64,000 nucleotides of DNA from contig CAWFFU010000003.1 of NCBI GenBank assembly GCA_963815215.1, forward strand, positions 608,001-672,000, given 5' to 3'. Source of the stretch: an uncultured Trueperaceae bacterium (GTDB taxonomy: Bacteria > Deinococcota > Deinococci > Deinococcales > Trueperaceae). Within the stretch, counting starts at the first letter, position 1. Every line of letters starts with the position of its first letter. This document shows positions 61,295-64,000 of this stretch, piece by piece. The notes under the pieces were generated by a model, which saw only the letters and a program-made list of their open reading frames with translations, did no database searches and was not told the origin of the DNA. The translations under genes were made by a program, and so were the position numbers.

Positions 61295-62481
61295 GACGTC
61301 TCCTCCTGCACGGCTTCGCCGCCAATGTGTCCGAGGCCGGCCAGCTCGGCGGTCGCTCGGGCGATCACTCGCTCTTCGTCGGTGGGCACCACCAACACGG
61401 CCACCGTCCCTCCGTCGGCCGAGATCCGCTCGGCGTGTAGCTCGTTCCGACGCGCGTCGATGCGCACGCCCAGGAACTCCAGGCCGGCCATGCTCTCCTG
61501 CCGGATGCTGGCGTCGTGCTCGCCGATCCCGCCGGTGAAGACGATGCCATCGAGGCCGCCCATGGCCGCCGCGTACGCGCCCACGGTCTTGGTGATGCGG
61601 TAGGCGAACACTTCCAACGCGGCGTGGGCGTCCGGATCGCCGCCATCGGCCGCGGCCCGCACGTCGCGCATGTCGTTCGACACCCCCGACACACCGAGAA
61701 GCCCCGACTCCCGGTTGAGCAGCCGGTCCAGCGCCTCGGGGTCCATACCGTCACGCAGCAGGTGGAGAAGAACCCCGGGATCGACCTCGCCGCTCCGCGT
61801 CCCCATCAGCAGCCCGTCCAGCGGAGTGAAGCCCATGCTGGTGTCGATGCTGCGTCCTCCGGCCACGGCCGCTGCGCTGGCACCGTTGCCCAGGTGCAGC
61901 GAGACCAGCTTGAGCGCTTCACGCGGCCGCCCCAGGATCTCGGCGGCGCGCTCGGTCACGAAGTCGTGGCTGGTCCCGTGGAAGCCGTACCGGCGGATGC
62001 GGCGCGACCGATAGAGATCGATCGGGAGGCCGAACAGGAAGGCGCGGGTCGGCATGCCGGCGTGGAACGCGGTGTCGAACACCGCCACGTGCGGTACATC
62101 GGGCAACAGCGCCCTGGCCGCGCGGATCCCTTCGAGGTTGGCGGGGTTGTGCAGCGGAGCGAGCGTCGACAGCTCGTCGATGATGGCCTCGACGGACGCG
62201 TCGATGATCACCGGACGCGAGAAGCGCATGCCGCCGTGCACCACGCGGTGCCCGACGGCACCGATACCGCCGGGCGGCAAGTGCTCCTCGAGCAACTCCA
62301 GCACGCGACGGAGCGCCTCATCGTGGTGCGCCAGCCCGCCCGTGCGGGCCGGACCGAAGCTGCTGACGATGTTCGTGTCGCCACCGATCCGCTCGACCAG
62401 GACGGAGTGATCGGCCGGGAACAACTTGACCTTCAGGCTCGAGCTCCCCGCGTTCACCACGAGGACGCTGGCTTCGTGCAT
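61291..62481 (-). CDS. ackA: Acetate kinase
   Basis: NAGSSSLK, GHRVVHGG, APLHNP, YGFHGTSH, HLGNGAS, FTGGIGE, PTDEE. Confidence 0.97.
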   Translation of the reverse strand: MHEASVLVVNAGSSSLKVKLFPADHSVLVERIGGDTNIVSSFGPARTGGLAHHDEALRRVLELLEEHLPPGGIGAVGHRVVHGGMRFSRPVIIDASVEAIIDELSTLAPLHNPANLEGIRAARALLPDVPHVAVFDTAFHAGMPTRAFLFGLPIDLYRSRRIRRYGFHGTSHDFVTERAAEILGRPREALKLVSLHLGNGASAAAVAGGRSIDTSMGFTPLDGLLMGTRSGEVDPGVLLHLLRDGMDPEALDRLLNRESGLLGVSGVSNDMRDVRAAADGGDPDAHAALEVFAYRITKTVGAYAAAMGGLDGIVFTGGIGEHDASIRQESMAGLEFLGVRIDARRNELHAERISADGGTVAVLVVPTDEERVIARATAELAGLGHIGGEAVQEETS

Positions 62482-62718
62482 GACTTCCTCCGAGCGGCCC
62501 GCCGGGCCTTCCTGGCCGACGGGCGCGGCCGCGCCGCGGCGGAGGGACCGGCGTCCGAGCGGCGCCGCGACCCCGGCAAAGTCTACCAGAGCGCCGCGGC
62601 GGGCCCGGAGGCGGGCCGGGACGGTTGCCTTTAGCGTAGGACGCTCAGGTTATGTATAAATGGGCATAGGCACCGACGCTCCCCGCGGAGTATCCTCTAG
62701 GCATGAGAGGAGGAGTCC

Positions 62719-63141
62719 ATGTATCGTCTGTTCACCCTCACCGAAGCGACCCGTCTCCTCCCTGTGGTGGACGAGCATCTCGGCGCGCTCCAGGGCGCCG
62801 CCGCTGACCTTGCGCGTCTCCGCGAACGCGGCTCCGCCGTGGAGGCCGCCACCATCGAGGCGGTCAACCTGAGCCGCGAGACGGCCTTCCTACTCGAGGT
62901 GGTCCACACCAGCAAGGCCGAACTCGACCGCCTTGGCGTGCAGATCCGCGATGTCCAGGAGGGCCTGGTGGATTTCCCCAGCCAGCTCGGCGCCGAGGTC
63001 GTGTGCTTGACCTGGGAGAAGGGGCAGGACGCCATCACCCACTACCATCCCCTCAGCGGCGAGGCCGACGCCCGCCCGCTGCCTGGCACGGGCGACGGCG
63101 CTCACGGCGCGGCCGGCTCGGACGGGCACCCCAGCGCCTGA
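62719..63141 (+). CDS. DUF2203 family protein
   Basis: FTLTEATRLLP, GVQIRD..EGLVDFP, LTWEKG, HYH; GAGGAG RBS. Confidence 0.85.
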   Translation: MYRLFTLTEATRLLPVVDEHLGALQGAAADLARLRERGSAVEAATIEAVNLSRETAFLLEVVHTSKAELDRLGVQIRDVQEGLVDFPSQLGAEVVCLTWEKGQDAITHYHPLSGEADARPLPGTGDGAHGAAGSDGHPSA

Positions 63142-63187
63142 GCGAACCGAACCGTCGACGTTCGAGGGGGTCGCGAGACACCCCGCC

Positions 63188-63928
63188 CTACGGGCCTGAG
63201 CGGCCGACGGACACGGCGGGGCTCCCTTCCTGGCGGGTGCCGAAGTCGCGGATCAGGCGCGGCACGAATCCCAGAGCATCGGCGGCGACGAAGTGCACGT
63301 CGATAGCATCGAGCCGCTCCAGTACCCCTTCCGAATCGCCGTGGACGTGGCCGAACACCAGCGCGTCCGGCGCCGCCCTGCGCAGCACACGGGTGAACTC
63401 CGACGGCTCGAGCCTGGGGTTGGTCGGCGGGAAGTGGAGCATCACCACACGGTAGTCGCCCCCGAGCCGCTCGGCGGCCCGCAGCGACAACTCGAGGCGC
63501 TCCACTTCCCGCCGGTAGATCTTGTCGTCCTGCTCCGTGAACCCTCGACTCCCGGGACACGCCCACCCGCGAGTGCCCGCGATCACCACGCCGTCGAGGG
63601 CGATGGCGTCGTTCTGCACAGCGTACATGCCCTCGGGAAGGCCCCGCCGGAGTTTGGAGATCGACGGCCACCAGTAGTCGTGGTTCCCGCGCAGGATCAC
63701 CTTGCGCCCGGGCAGGGAGGCGATATCGGTCAGGTCCAGGAGCGCGTCCTCGAACCGCATCGCCCAGGACAGGTCACCCGGCACGAGCACCAAGTCGTCG
63801 GCCTGCACGACCTTGCGCCAGCCGTCGAAGAAGGCCTCGGGATGGCCCTGCCAGGTCTCACCGAAGATGGTCATCGGCTTGGGATCGGCGCGGGACAGGT
63901 GTGGGTCGGCGATGGCGAAAAGGCGCAT
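63188..63928 (-). CDS. Calcineurin-like metallophosphoesterase
   Basis: ADPH, PGDLSWA, GNHDYWW, HFPP, GHVH. Confidence 0.92.
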   Translation of the reverse strand: MRLFAIADPHLSRADPKPMTIFGETWQGHPEAFFDGWRKVVQADDLVLVPGDLSWAMRFEDALLDLTDIASLPGRKVILRGNHDYWWPSISKLRRGLPEGMYAVQNDAIALDGVVIAGTRGWACPGSRGFTEQDDKIYRREVERLELSLRAAERLGGDYRVVMLHFPPTNPRLEPSEFTRVLRRAAPDALVFGHVHGDSEGVLERLDAIDVHFVAADALGFVPRLIRDFGTRQEGSPAVSVGRSGP

Positions 63929-64000
63929 CGGGGACCCAGTCTACCGTGGGCGCCAGGCCAGCCGGGTACGCTCGATGCCCGAGCGCCCGACACGGTCGAG

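Noticed and set aside
62650..62669. Canonical RDRM (DdrO box)
   Set aside because: Spacing gives 20 bp rather than the 17-bp palindrome.

Overview
High-GC bacterial chromosomal segment, most likely Deinococcota (Truepera-like). This is inferred from the yqeG-pilF(pilB)-pilT arrangement, several Deinococcus/Thermus-type hypothetical proteins and pervasive TANNNT-N5-7-start leaderless architecture. Most of it is housekeeping: sucCD, gluQ, trpBA, rlpA, tatD, type IV pilus ATPases, a TAXI-TRAP and a TctABC transporter, leuCD-MTase-leuB, ilvD, nhaP, thuA, ubiX-ispD-ispE, ackA-glk. An accessory region at about 23.3-31.7 kb holds three broken genes, a STAND-LuxR/DUF4242/cupin module and an IS3 remnant. 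I found no rRNA, tRNA or CRISPR array. The most notable signals are two short ORFs missing from the ORF track. Each starts 6-7 nt after a canonical sigma70 promoter: a Trp-containing leader before trpBA, and a Leu/Val/Ile-rich leader with an intrinsic terminator before leuCD. They are candidate leaderless leader-peptide attenuators. There are also several apparent pseudoenzymes (E2-like scaffold, PEP-synthase-like domain, Ser-less alpha/beta hydrolase) and two enzymes lacking their usual zinc ligands. All family calls come from motif recognition by eye; no database search was run.
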